A stretch of 45,600 nucleotides of DNA, taken from the IMG/VR virus record IMGVR_UViG_3300044724_000503, positions 1-45,600 of that record; one strand, 5' to 3'. The DNA is from a virus (lineage: Duplodnaviria; Caudoviricetes). Position 1 is the stretch's first letter, and each line of letters starts with the position of its first letter. The position numbers and the translations under genes are program-made. The notes below the pieces were generated by a model. It saw only the letters and a program-made list of their open reading frames with translations, made no database searches and was not told where the DNA came from. This document shows positions 1 to 8,761 of this stretch, piece by piece.

Positions 1-94
1 GGGTAGATTTATTCACATGTTTTTCCATTGAGCCAAGGTTCAGGTTGCAAGATCCACAATTAAATTGTACAAAAACCGAAAGGAGTCCCGGGGC

Positions 95-505
95 GTGGAA
101 AAAATTTCAGTTGTAAATCCATTTGAGATGTTTGGACGTATGTGCGTGCTTCTTGATTCTGCGCCTCATTATCGTGAACAGAGCATCAAGAATCTTGGTT
201 TTAGGTTCATTCCTGCGATTGAGCATGGCAAGGTTCGTTATTACATGCGCGATGGTTCTTTGGTTGGGTTTTGCACATGGTGTTTTCTGACGGAGGAGGA
301 GGGACGCACTCAGAAATATAATGGCAGGGAGGTTTTTGCGCGGACGGATGGTGAACAGGCGTGGGTTATAGACATGGTAGCTACGGATAGTGTATCATAC
401 ATCGCAAAGGACATGCGCCGATTCATACCAGAGCATACTGGGCATCAGGTTGGACACTGGCGAAGACCAAGCGGTAGGAGATGTTATGCGCGGAATATTC
501 CCTGA
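95..505 (+). CDS. Toxin-activating lysine acyltransferase (HlyC/RtxC/TAAT family)-like protein
   Basis: Motif series SAPHY..IPAIEHGKVRYYMRDGSLVGFCTWCFLT..GEQAWVIDMVA parallels HlyC SSPLH..LPAI..YCSWA.LS..GDRKWFIDWIA. Start reassigned to GTG 95 (SD AAGGAG at 80-85). Confidence 0.8.
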   Translation: MEKISVVNPFEMFGRMCVLLDSAPHYREQSIKNLGFRFIPAIEHGKVRYYMRDGSLVGFCTWCFLTEEEGRTQKYNGREVFARTDGEQAWVIDMVATDSVSYIAKDMRRFIPEHTGHQVGHWRRPSGRRCYARNIP

Positions 506-2486
506 AACTAGGAAGCGTTGGACTGACGGTTTAGATTTTGGTGTTGAAGACACTCGCGATTATTATGAGCGCATGTATTGGTGTTTTGGTGGCGACAGTG
601 ACTCTGGTGGTAACACTGGTGGGTTTTCTGACGAGGATGTCGATCAGGACATGCAACAGGATATTGCTGCGGCATCTGTTGGTCTGGGGAAAGACGACTT
701 CGGATATTCTGCTGGTTTTGATCCTGGCAATTTGAGTGACGATCAACAAGCTGCTGTTGATGCATCGCGCTCTATTTCTGAGGCGGCGGCTCGTGGTCAG
801 GATGCGGTAAACGCGGCGCAGGCGGCGGCAAACGCTAGTCCGTCAGTATCACAGGCTCTTGCGAATTTATCTGGTATGACTGTCGGTGGATATGCGCCTG
901 GTCGAAGTCAAGCGGAAGCACGACAGCAGGCTATAGAACGGGCGTATGCAGTTGACAGGTACGGGAACCCCGTCACTACCAATCGAGGTAAAGGTAAACT
1001 TGGTAGGGGTTTTGACCCTGTTACTGGTCGCGCACCTACGGCGGCAGAGAAAACAGCGATACAGGCAGCGGCTGATATTGCGTTGGGTGAACAACAGGCT
1101 GCCACATCTAGTGCACCTAGTGACGCCAAAGCTGAAGAAACTTCTATTACTGGTATTCCAAGTCTTTCCGCTGTCCCTGATCAGTTTACTACTCCTGCTT
1201 TGAGCAATATTGGTCAGACAGTCTCTGAAGCTATAAACGCGGAGGATATATTAGGGTTCCCCGGTGAGTTGAGCACGCCTTCAAGTCCGGTTGCAGAGGC
1301 TCTGGCTGCGGACATCGCTCAACAAGCGGAACAACGCACTGCTGAACGAGCGGCTCAACAAGCGGACTTCATGGATACGCTTCAGTCCAACATATCCAAT
1401 GCCATTGCGGCTAAAGCTGGAACCCCGACACAGGCTTCTTCTTTACCTAGTTCTCCGTTTGGACAGGATGTAACTACTGAAAGTCTTCAAGCCGCTCAAG
1501 ACAATCTGAGTGCTAGAGCCGGACTAACAACGCAGGCAACAACTGATGCACCTGCTGATGTTGGTATAGCTTCATCTCCGTCAGTATCTGCGGCGGATGT
1601 TTTGGCCGGATCTCTTGACATAAGCAATCCTAATGAGATGGCAGCAGCAGAGAGAGCGGCTAGCGTCTCGGCTCCCGCATCTGCACCCGGTCAGCTTTCC
1701 GCCGCAGAAATGTCGGCTCTTGATGCATTGGCGGCTAGAGGTTTTGAGGATGAGACTGCTGCGATGGGTCTTCGTGCTGGTGACCTAACACCGGGTCAGA
1801 TCGCTGACAATGTTGCTGCAAACATAGGATATGATGACGTTGGTCTGCCTAGAGGTCTTGAGACTATCACAACCTCAAGGGGCGCAGATATCACAACGAA
1901 CCTAGCTGGCCTGACAAGAGAACAGGCAGAAAACCAACCACTTTCAATGGACATAGCACAGTTTATTGGATCTGACCCTTATGGTTATGAAGTTGATCCT
2001 GCGACAGGTCAGGTTGTTGGTCAGGTTGGAACCCCCGGTTTTGGTATATTAGGAGCTGCGACAGATTTTCTTCAGAACATGTTCCTAGGTCCACCGCAAA
2101 CTACTGAAGATCTTATTAATCGTGGAGTGTATACTGGAATGACGGGTGTAGGTGGTGACGGGATGATGGGTGACGGTCCTCCTGATGAGCCTGTTCAACA
2201 ACCTCCTACCACAGATCCATGTCCACCAGGGTACGCTCTAGTTGATGGTGTCTGTACACCTGTTAGTGCGGAAGAAGAAGCTGCGTTCAAGTTTGGTACG
2301 GACACAGAGGTCAGATACTTTGATCCATTTACACAGGCTACTCAGGTTGGTGGAGCAAATCCGTTTGTTCTTCAGCCATACAGACTCGGACAAAATCCAT
2401 TTGCGCAACCCACACAACAGGCTCCTGCTAGCACAGGTATTCAAGGCTTGTCACCTACTGGAGCGGCTCTAGGTAGAAGCATCTAA
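486..2486 (+). CDS. Large acidic Ala/Gln/Gly-rich low-complexity protein, putative virion/ejection-type protein and candidate acyltransferase substrate
   Basis: ATG 486 with AGGAG at 476-480, overlapping the acyltransferase end. Leader followed by YWCFGG, only 8 Lys, C-terminal CPPGYALVDGVC. TAATG-coupled to terL. Confidence 0.6.
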   Translation: MRGIFPETRKRWTDGLDFGVEDTRDYYERMYWCFGGDSDSGGNTGGFSDEDVDQDMQQDIAAASVGLGKDDFGYSAGFDPGNLSDDQQAAVDASRSISEAAARGQDAVNAAQAAANASPSVSQALANLSGMTVGGYAPGRSQAEARQQAIERAYAVDRYGNPVTTNRGKGKLGRGFDPVTGRAPTAAEKTAIQAAADIALGEQQAATSSAPSDAKAEETSITGIPSLSAVPDQFTTPALSNIGQTVSEAINAEDILGFPGELSTPSSPVAEALAADIAQQAEQRTAERAAQQADFMDTLQSNISNAIAAKAGTPTQASSLPSSPFGQDVTTESLQAAQDNLSARAGLTTQATTDAPADVGIASSPSVSAADVLAGSLDISNPNEMAAAERAASVSAPASAPGQLSAAEMSALDALAARGFEDETAAMGLRAGDLTPGQIADNVAANIGYDDVGLPRGLETITTSRGADITTNLAGLTREQAENQPLSMDIAQFIGSDPYGYEVDPATGQVVGQVGTPGFGILGAATDFLQNMFLGPPQTTEDLINRGVYTGMTGVGGDGMMGDGPPDEPVQQPPTTDPCPPGYALVDGVCTPVSAEEEAAFKFGTDTEVRYFDPFTQATQVGGANPFVLQPYRLGQNPFAQPTQQAPASTGIQGLSPTGAALGRSI

Positions 2487-3946
2487 TGAGTCTGGAGACA
2501 ATACCTGACGAAAAACTGAAAGAGATTTATGCTCTTCAGCAGGCAAAAGTTAGATTAGAGATACGCGAAAAGGCTCGCGATCACTTCATGCCGTTTGTGC
2601 ATCATGTGTATGACGGCTTTGTTGAGGGCAGGCATCATCGTATAATCGCGGAAAAGTTGGAGCGGGTAGCGAGGGGCGAGTTAAAACGTCTCATAGTTAA
2701 CATGCCTCCTCGACATAGTAAGTCGGAGTTTGCGTCATATTTGATGCCTTCGTGGTTCTTGGGGCGTAATCCCAAGTTAAAGATTATTCAAGCTACGCAT
2801 AATACTGAGCTTGCTGTGAGGTTTGGTCGTAAGGTTCGTGATTTGATTGACACACCGGATTACCGGATCGTGTTTCCCGATACCAGTCTCAAGGCAGATG
2901 ATAAAGCAGCAGGCCGCTGGGGTACTTCAGCAGGCGGGGAATATTTCGCGGCAGGGGTGGGAGCGGCGATGACTGGCCGTGGTGCGGACTTGTTGATCAT
3001 TGATGATCCGCACTCTGAGCAAGACGCCTTATCTTCTACTGCTTTCGACAATGCTTTTGAGTGGTATACGTCTGGTCCTCGCCAGCGTTTGCAGCCGGGT
3101 GGAGCGATTATCATCGTTATGACGCGGTGGGGCATGAAGGATCTGACGGGTCAGGTCTTGAAGATGCAGGGTTCTGACACTTTGGCGGATGAGTGGGAGG
3201 TTGTGGAGTTCCCAGCGATATTGCCGTCAGATAAGCCTTTATGGCCTGAGTTCTGGGATCACGACTCGCTGGTTAAGGTCAAGGCGTCTTTGCCTGTTGG
3301 CAAATGGAATGCACAGTGGCAGCAGAATCCGACAGCCGAAGAAGGGGCGATTGTCAAGAAGGAGTGGTGGAACACTTGGACGAAGGAGGAGATTCCATCG
3401 GTCAAGTACATCATTCAGTCTTATGACACTGCGTTCAGCAAGAAGGAGTCGGCTGACTACTCTGCGATTACAACGTGGGGTGTATTTGAGAACGAGGAGA
3501 CACGGGCTGACAATATTATACTTATGGATGCACGGCGTGGGCGTTGGAACTTTCCAGAGCTAAAAGCTGTGGCCAAGGAGGAGTATGAGTATTGGGAGCC
3601 GGACATGACGATCATTGAGGCGAAGGCGTCAGGTATGCCGTTGACTGATGAACTGCGTGCGACAGGCATTCCTGTTATGAACTATACACCAAGCAAAGGT
3701 CGTGATAAAGTGACTCGTATGCACACTGTGGCACCTTTGTTTGAGGCTGGTATGGTGTGGGCACCTGAAGAGAAGTTTTCGGATGAGGTGATTGAGGAGT
3801 GTCTAGCCTTCCCGCATGGGGAGCATGATGATTTTGTAGATAGCATGACCATGGCTCTGATACGTTTCCGGCAGGGTGGATTTATTACTTTGGACGGAGA
3901 AGATGAGGATCAGGACTGGTATCCTAAGAAGCGGGAGTATTACTAA
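2486..3946 (+). CDS. terL: Terminase large subunit
   Basis: Walker A-like NMPPRHSKS, Walker B LLIIDDPH, coupling motif VMTRW, nuclease SYDTA..ADYSA and HDDFVDS. Confidence 0.96.
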   Translation: MSLETIPDEKLKEIYALQQAKVRLEIREKARDHFMPFVHHVYDGFVEGRHHRIIAEKLERVARGELKRLIVNMPPRHSKSEFASYLMPSWFLGRNPKLKIIQATHNTELAVRFGRKVRDLIDTPDYRIVFPDTSLKADDKAAGRWGTSAGGEYFAAGVGAAMTGRGADLLIIDDPHSEQDALSSTAFDNAFEWYTSGPRQRLQPGGAIIIVMTRWGMKDLTGQVLKMQGSDTLADEWEVVEFPAILPSDKPLWPEFWDHDSLVKVKASLPVGKWNAQWQQNPTAEEGAIVKKEWWNTWTKEEIPSVKYIIQSYDTAFSKKESADYSAITTWGVFENEETRADNIILMDARRGRWNFPELKAVAKEEYEYWEPDMTIIEAKASGMPLTDELRATGIPVMNYTPSKGRDKVTRMHTVAPLFEAGMVWAPEEKFSDEVIEECLAFPHGEHDDFVDSMTMALIRFRQGGFITLDGEDEDQDWYPKKREYY

Positions 3947-4248
3947 TGACAGAAAAATTACCAAAAGGCACAGGTTATTCCGGCAGCACTGAAAAAGCCG
4001 CAAGGGCTGGTGATAAAGCCGCGATTAAACGTCTTCAAAAGGATCGTGACAAACTCAAGAGATCTGACGCTTTTGCCGAAAAGATTAGGAAGAGAGACGA
4101 TCTTACAGAAAAAGAAAAGATGCGTTTGATTCGTGAGGTAACGGAAAACATCAACACTGAGAACGAAGTAGCACTCAGTAAGGGTGGAACAGTAGAGTTT
4201 CGTAATGGCGGTAAAGTTTCACTAGGTAAATTTAAGGGTAATTTCTAA
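3946..4248 (+). CDS. Small basic protein with GGxV motifs and C-terminal FKGNF
   Basis: ORF coupled to both neighbours by TAATG; contains LSKGGTV and FRNGGKV. Confidence 0.7.
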   Translation: MTEKLPKGTGYSGSTEKAARAGDKAAIKRLQKDRDKLKRSDAFAEKIRKRDDLTEKEKMRLIREVTENINTENEVALSKGGTVEFRNGGKVSLGKFKGNF

Positions 4249-4409
4249 TGTCTAGTAAGAAAAAGCCCAAGGTTAAAAAGTTTGATCTTACGACTGCTTC
4301 TATTGAAGAGTTGGAACAGAAGATTGCGGAGCTTCGCGCAGAGAAAGAAGTCGTTACCAAATCTGGTGGTGGTTTAATCCGCAAGGGAACATTTAAAGGA
4401 ACATTCTAA
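4248..4409 (+). CDS. 53-aa protein missing from the ORF track (MSSKKKPKVKKFDL...GGGLIRKGTFKGTF)
   Basis: Fills the gap exactly with TAATG overlaps at both ends; C-terminus paralogous to the upstream gene. Confidence 0.8.
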   Translation: MSSKKKPKVKKFDLTTASIEELEQKIAELRAEKEVVTKSGGGLIRKGTFKGTF

Positions 4410-6883
4410 TGGCTATACCTCCACGCCCTATGGGTAGTTTAACGGATTCTGGTATTGAAGCCCCAGAAGGCATGAACATAGAAGTCCCACAGGTTGAGGA
4501 CTTTGCTGGTGGCGCGGAGGTCATGCAACAGCCGGACGGTAGTGCAATCATTCAGGCACTCATGGGCGGTGAAGCCGAGGGTATGGAAGTTCAAGCGGAG
4601 GCTTATGATCACGGAGCAAATTTAGCGGAGATTATTGATGAAGCAGTATTGGGTGAAATTTCAAGTGATTTGCGAGAAATGTATGAAGAAGACGTTGAGT
4701 CTCGCGAAGAGTGGAAAGAAGCATATACAAAAGGCCTTGACCTCTTGGGCATCCGATATCAAGAACGGACTCAGCCTTTTGAAGGAGCAAGTGGAGTCAC
4801 GCATCCGCTCATTGCTGAATCGGTAACACAGTTCCAAGCACAGTCCTATAAGGAACTTCTGCCTGCTGGCGGTCCTGTTCGTACACAGGTTATGGGACTC
4901 AAGAGTCCAGAAAAAGAAGCGCAGGCTGCTCGCGTCAAGAACTTCATGAATTACCAGATCACGGAAGTGATGGAAGAGTTTGATCCTGACACGGATCAGA
5001 TGCTGTTCTATTTACCGCTGTCTGGCTCTACTTTTAAGAAAGTTTATTTTGATCAGACTCGTGGTCGCGCTGTTTCTGCGTTTGTACCAGCCGAAGACTT
5101 GGTTGTTCCGTACTCGGCTACAGATCTGATGACATCTCCTCGTGTTACGCATGTTCTGCGTATGGATGAAAACAACTTGCGCAAAATGCAAGTAGCAGGG
5201 ATCTACCGCGATGTTGAGGTGTCCGCTGACAACGCAGACGATAACATTGTTAGAGACAAGGTTGATGAACTAGAGGGCATCAGTCGTAATTATTCAGAAG
5301 ATATTCACACCGTTCTTGAAATGCATGTTGATCTAGACCTCGAAGGTTTTGAAGACACAAACATGGAGGGTGTGCCTACTGGTATTAAGTTACCGTATAT
5401 TGTGGTCTTGGATCATGGGTCAGGTGAGATACTTTCAATCACTCGTAACTTTGATCAAGGCGATCAGCTAAAACGCAAGCGTCAATACTTTGTTCATTAC
5501 AAGTTTCTGCCGGGTCTAGGATTCTATGGCTTTGGTTTGATCCACATGATCGGCGGATTAGGTCGTGCAGCCACAAGTATATTGAGACAATTGATAGATG
5601 CTGGAACACTGGCCAATCTGCCATCTGGTTTCAAGGCTCGAGGTATTCGTGTCCGTAATGATGATGAACCTATCGCTCCTGGTGAGTTTAGAGATATTGA
5701 TGCACCGGGTGGTGACATTCGCAACTCAATTATACCTCTACCGTATAAAGAACCATCAGGCACGTTAGCACAATTGTTGGCGTCATTGATTGAAGGTGGT
5801 CGCCGTTTTGTATCCATCGCGGATCAGCAGATGGGTGAAAAGCAGAGTGGTGACATGCCTGTAGGCACAACTGTGGCACTGCTTGAGCGTGGTATGAAGG
5901 TTATGTCAGCCATCCATAAACGCTTGCATTACGCTCAGAAAACAGAGTTCCGGCTCCTCGCTAGAGTCTTTGCAGAAAATCTCCCTCCTGTGTATCCTTA
6001 CGAGGTAGCCGGAGCACCTTCTGAAGTGAAGGCACAGGATTTTGATGGTCGTGTGGATGTTATTCCTGTGTCCGACCCGAACATCTTCTCGATGTCACAG
6101 AGGGTTACTCTAGCGCAGACACAACTACAACTTGCGCAGTCTAACCCACAGATACATAACTTGTACGAAGCATATAAGCGTATGTATCAGGCTCTTGAAG
6201 TTCAAAACATTGACGAAATCTTGCCAGCCAAGAAGGAGCCGCAACCTACCAGTCCTAGTATTGAGAACGCAAAAGCCTTGCAGGGCGAGTTGATTACAGC
6301 CTTCCAAGAACAGGATCATGATGCGCATATTATGACGCATGTGACATTTATGAAACTACCATTGGTAGCGACTTCACCTAATATTTATGCTATATTTATG
6401 TCTCACCTTCAGGATCATATTTCTATGAAGGCACGTTTGACTGTTATGGCACAAGTACAGGAGCAACAGGCTCAAGCTCAACAGATGATGTTGGCGGCAC
6501 AAATGGGTGCTGTAGATCCTATGATGGCGCAACAGCAAATGCAGATGGCTGGTCAGATGTCGCCAGACGCAGTTGAAGCGGAAGTGGCCAGACTTGAGGC
6601 GCAGATTACACAAGAAGTTCTTGCGATGGTGGCACCACCGCAGGGTCAGCAAGATCCACTTGTAGCCATACGGCAACAGGAACTTGCTATCAAAGCAGCG
6701 GAATCTGAGCGCAGAGCGCAACAGGATGCCGCAGAGTTGGCTTTAGAACGTCAGAAACTCCAACAAAGAGCCATGACTGACGCAGCACGCATTGAACTCC
6801 AAGAGGAGATCGCTGAAGACAGAGCGGATGTAAACAGAGAGCGCATCCAGACTCAGAAGGAGCTAGCGTTACGAAATGGGTAA
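4409..6883 (+). CDS. Portal protein (P22-like, with Gln-rich C-terminal coiled-coil barrel)
   Basis: 824 aa after terL. Motifs GASGVTHPLIAE, LFYLPLSGSTFKKVY and PGLGFYGFGLIHMIG are typical of this portal group; long helical Q/M/A-rich tail. Confidence 0.9.
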   Translation: MAIPPRPMGSLTDSGIEAPEGMNIEVPQVEDFAGGAEVMQQPDGSAIIQALMGGEAEGMEVQAEAYDHGANLAEIIDEAVLGEISSDLREMYEEDVESREEWKEAYTKGLDLLGIRYQERTQPFEGASGVTHPLIAESVTQFQAQSYKELLPAGGPVRTQVMGLKSPEKEAQAARVKNFMNYQITEVMEEFDPDTDQMLFYLPLSGSTFKKVYFDQTRGRAVSAFVPAEDLVVPYSATDLMTSPRVTHVLRMDENNLRKMQVAGIYRDVEVSADNADDNIVRDKVDELEGISRNYSEDIHTVLEMHVDLDLEGFEDTNMEGVPTGIKLPYIVVLDHGSGEILSITRNFDQGDQLKRKRQYFVHYKFLPGLGFYGFGLIHMIGGLGRAATSILRQLIDAGTLANLPSGFKARGIRVRNDDEPIAPGEFRDIDAPGGDIRNSIIPLPYKEPSGTLAQLLASLIEGGRRFVSIADQQMGEKQSGDMPVGTTVALLERGMKVMSAIHKRLHYAQKTEFRLLARVFAENLPPVYPYEVAGAPSEVKAQDFDGRVDVIPVSDPNIFSMSQRVTLAQTQLQLAQSNPQIHNLYEAYKRMYQALEVQNIDEILPAKKEPQPTSPSIENAKALQGELITAFQEQDHDAHIMTHVTFMKLPLVATSPNIYAIFMSHLQDHISMKARLTVMAQVQEQQAQAQQMMLAAQMGAVDPMMAQQQMQMAGQMSPDAVEAEVARLEAQITQEVLAMVAPPQGQQDPLVAIRQQELAIKAAESERRAQQDAAELALERQKLQQRAMTDAARIELQEEIAEDRADVNRERIQTQKELALRNG

Positions 6884-6889
6884 TCTTGT

Positions 6890-7387
6890 ATGGTTGTTGC
6901 AGAGGTTCTGACTGGAATAGCATTAGTAAAGCAGGCGACTGATTTTATTAAGAGCAACATAAACACAGTCAAAGACATTTCAGAAATAGGACAGCAGATT
7001 GACGATCTCTTTCGCGGTGAGAAAGAGGCGCAACAAGCACGCAACCGTAAATCCGGTAAGGGTTTAGCGGATCAGTTTGGTGTGGAGAGTGTTGCTCGCG
7101 AAGTAATTGACGCCAAACTTGCACAAGAAAAGCTGCACGAAGTAGCGGTAATGGTTGACATGCGTTTTGGCCCGGGCACTTGGCGCGGTATTGTGGATGA
7201 ACGTGCACGCCGTATGCAAGAAGCTAAAGAAGCTGCGTTGAAGGCTAAAAAACAAAAACAGAAGGAATATGATGAGATGATAGAGTCAATAAAGACAGCT
7301 TTAATCATTAGTAGTGTTGTGGTGGTGGGAGCACTTGTCATAGTAGGGACAATGATGCTGGCCGCTGGAGCGGCAGGAATGCTATGA
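6890..7387 (+). CDS. Hypothetical protein with coiled coil and C-terminal transmembrane helix
   Basis: Hydrophobic ALIISSVVVVGALVIVGTMMLAAGA at the C-terminus. Confidence 0.7.
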   Translation: MVVAEVLTGIALVKQATDFIKSNINTVKDISEIGQQIDDLFRGEKEAQQARNRKSGKGLADQFGVESVAREVIDAKLAQEKLHEVAVMVDMRFGPGTWRGIVDERARRMQEAKEAALKAKKQKQKEYDEMIESIKTALIISSVVVVGALVIVGTMMLAAGAAGML

Positions 7388-7602
7388 CGGTAGATAAGTT
7401 TTTAGAATGGAAGATACTGCCACGGTTTATGATGCTTGTTAGCACCGCCATGTCTTGGCGTTGTGCAGAGTGGTTTATGTCTTTGGATTCTCCCACCGCT
7501 TCTCAGTCGGCCTTCGTTTCCGTGGTTATGGGGGTCATGACAGGCGTTTTTGGAATTTGGATGGGGCACGAGCATAAGCCAGCCCCTCAAAAAGATGTTT
7601 AA
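7384..7602 (+). CDS. Small 2-TM membrane protein (holin-like)
   Basis: Two hydrophobic segments; ATGA overlap with the upstream gene. Confidence 0.6.
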   Translation: MTVDKFLEWKILPRFMMLVSTAMSWRCAEWFMSLDSPTASQSAFVSVVMGVMTGVFGIWMGHEHKPAPQKDV

Positions 7603-7798
7603 GGTTATAGTTTTAGCTTGTAGTGTTGCTTTTCCATCCGATTGTTGGGAGTATCATGACACGAGAGGCCCGTATGAAAGTATGGAAAGATGTCAGAAGC
7701 GAGCGTATAAGATGGGTAATGACATAGCCGAGATACATAAAGGGCGTATTATGCCAAAGAAGTTTCGTTGCGTAGCTTTGAAAGGAACACAGCTATGA
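7595..7798 (+). CDS. Small Cys-containing protein with hydrophobic N-terminus
   Basis: Start reassigned to ATG 7595 (MFKVIVLAC); four Cys. Confidence 0.6.
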   Translation: MFKVIVLACSVAFPSDCWEYHDTRGPYESMERCQKRAYKMGNDIAEIHKGRIMPKKFRCVALKGTQL

Positions 7799-7899
7799 CA
7801 AAATGGCTAAAATGGCTAAAATGGTTACGGATGAACCAGTCTGTTGATTTATCACAGCACAGGCAACACACAACTAAATATGAAGATTTGTGTATGTAG
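7795..7899 (+). CDS. 34-aa protein missing from the ORF track (MTKWLKWLKWLRMNQSVDLSQHRQHTTKYEDLCM)
   Basis: ATGA overlap with the upstream stop; its TAG overlaps the holin SD (TAGGAG). Confidence 0.55.
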   Translation: MTKWLKWLKWLRMNQSVDLSQHRQHTTKYEDLCM

Positions 7900-7908
7900 G
7901 AGAAATAC

Positions 7909-8304
7909 ATGTTACAGGCTCTCATTGGCCCAGTTACTGGATTACTTGACAAGTTTATACCAGATGCAGATGAAAAGGCTCGGATCGCCCACGAGTTGGC
8001 CACGATGTCCGAAAAACATGCTCAACAACTCGCTCTCGCTCAAATTGAAGTGAACAAAGCAGAAGCCGCGTCAGGTTCTTTGTTTAAGGGCGGCTGGAGG
8101 CCAGCAGTTGGATGGGTCTGCGCAATTGCCTTCATGTATCACTTTATTTTGAAAGATCTAATTATATTTGGTGCATCATTTGCTGGGTATCAATTGCCTG
8201 AACTGCCTGATTTTGACATGGGGACGCTCTTAACTGTTCTCGGCGGAATGCTTGGAATCGGCTCCCTCAGAACCTACGAAAAGCAGAAAGGGCTTACCAA
8301 GTAG
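7909..8304 (+). CDS. Holin (3TM / GTA-type holin family)
   Basis: LLDKFIPD..QIEVNKAEAASGS.F.GGWRPAVGWVC..LLTVLGGMLGIG.LRTYEK pattern; strong SD. Confidence 0.85.
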   Translation: MLQALIGPVTGLLDKFIPDADEKARIAHELATMSEKHAQQLALAQIEVNKAEAASGSLFKGGWRPAVGWVCAIAFMYHFILKDLIIFGASFAGYQLPELPDFDMGTLLTVLGGMLGIGSLRTYEKQKGLTK

Positions 8305-8353
8305 TTAAAACTAAGCTATTATGAGTAACGATTTTTATTGACAGGGGGCTATC

Positions 8354-8761
8354 ATGCCGTTTGAAGACTATAGTTCTAAACAGAAAAAGCTTGCTCGTGT
8401 AGCCGAGCCACGCGATGCAATCACTGGTGCAGATTTTGAAGCTCTACGCAACAGTAAAATGGGGGGTGGCATGGTTAAATATGCCGAGGGCGGAGATGTA
8501 CGCCGTGAAATGTTGATGCAACTTCTAGATGACGCTCGTGAAAACAATGATAAGGATAAGATCATTGAAATTGAAGCAGAACTTTTTCAAATGGGTGACG
8601 CTGAAGGCATGATGGGTGGCGGCATGGTTAAAGGCCGTGGCTACAAGTATGGTGGCAAAGTCAAAGGCATGTATCGCGGTGGCAGTTTAGGATCAAACCC
8701 AATGAAGGGTCGAGGTTGTGGTGCCGCAATGTCTGGTAAAGGTTTTAGTGGTACATTCTAA
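8354..8761 (+). CDS. Protein with five GGx[VML] repeats and C-terminal GRGCGAA..GFSGTF
   Basis: KMGGGMV, YAEGGDV, MMGGGMV, YKYGGKV, MYRGGSL. Confidence 0.75.
   Translation: MPFEDYSSKQKKLARVAEPRDAITGADFEALRNSKMGGGMVKYAEGGDVRREMLMQLLDDARENNDKDKIIEIEAELFQMGDAEGMMGGGMVKGRGYKYGGKVKGMYRGGSLGSNPMKGRGCGAAMSGKGFSGTF

Noticed and set aside
1-110. Genome terminus or pac site near the window start
   Set aside because: The A-tracts and short non-coding stretch are suggestive, but nothing can be supported without flanking sequence or read data.
390-485. Longer N-terminus of the 698-aa ORF
   Set aside because: It overlaps the acyltransferase gene, and ATG 486 has a clear AGGAG SD.
486-2486. RTX toxin as the acyltransferase substrate
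   Set aside because: No GGxGxDxL nonapeptide repeats and no T1SS genes.
7595-7798. o-spanin lipoprotein (VLAC)
   Set aside because: The hydrophobic region before Cys is too short for a lipoprotein signal, and no matching i-spanin topology lies upstream.
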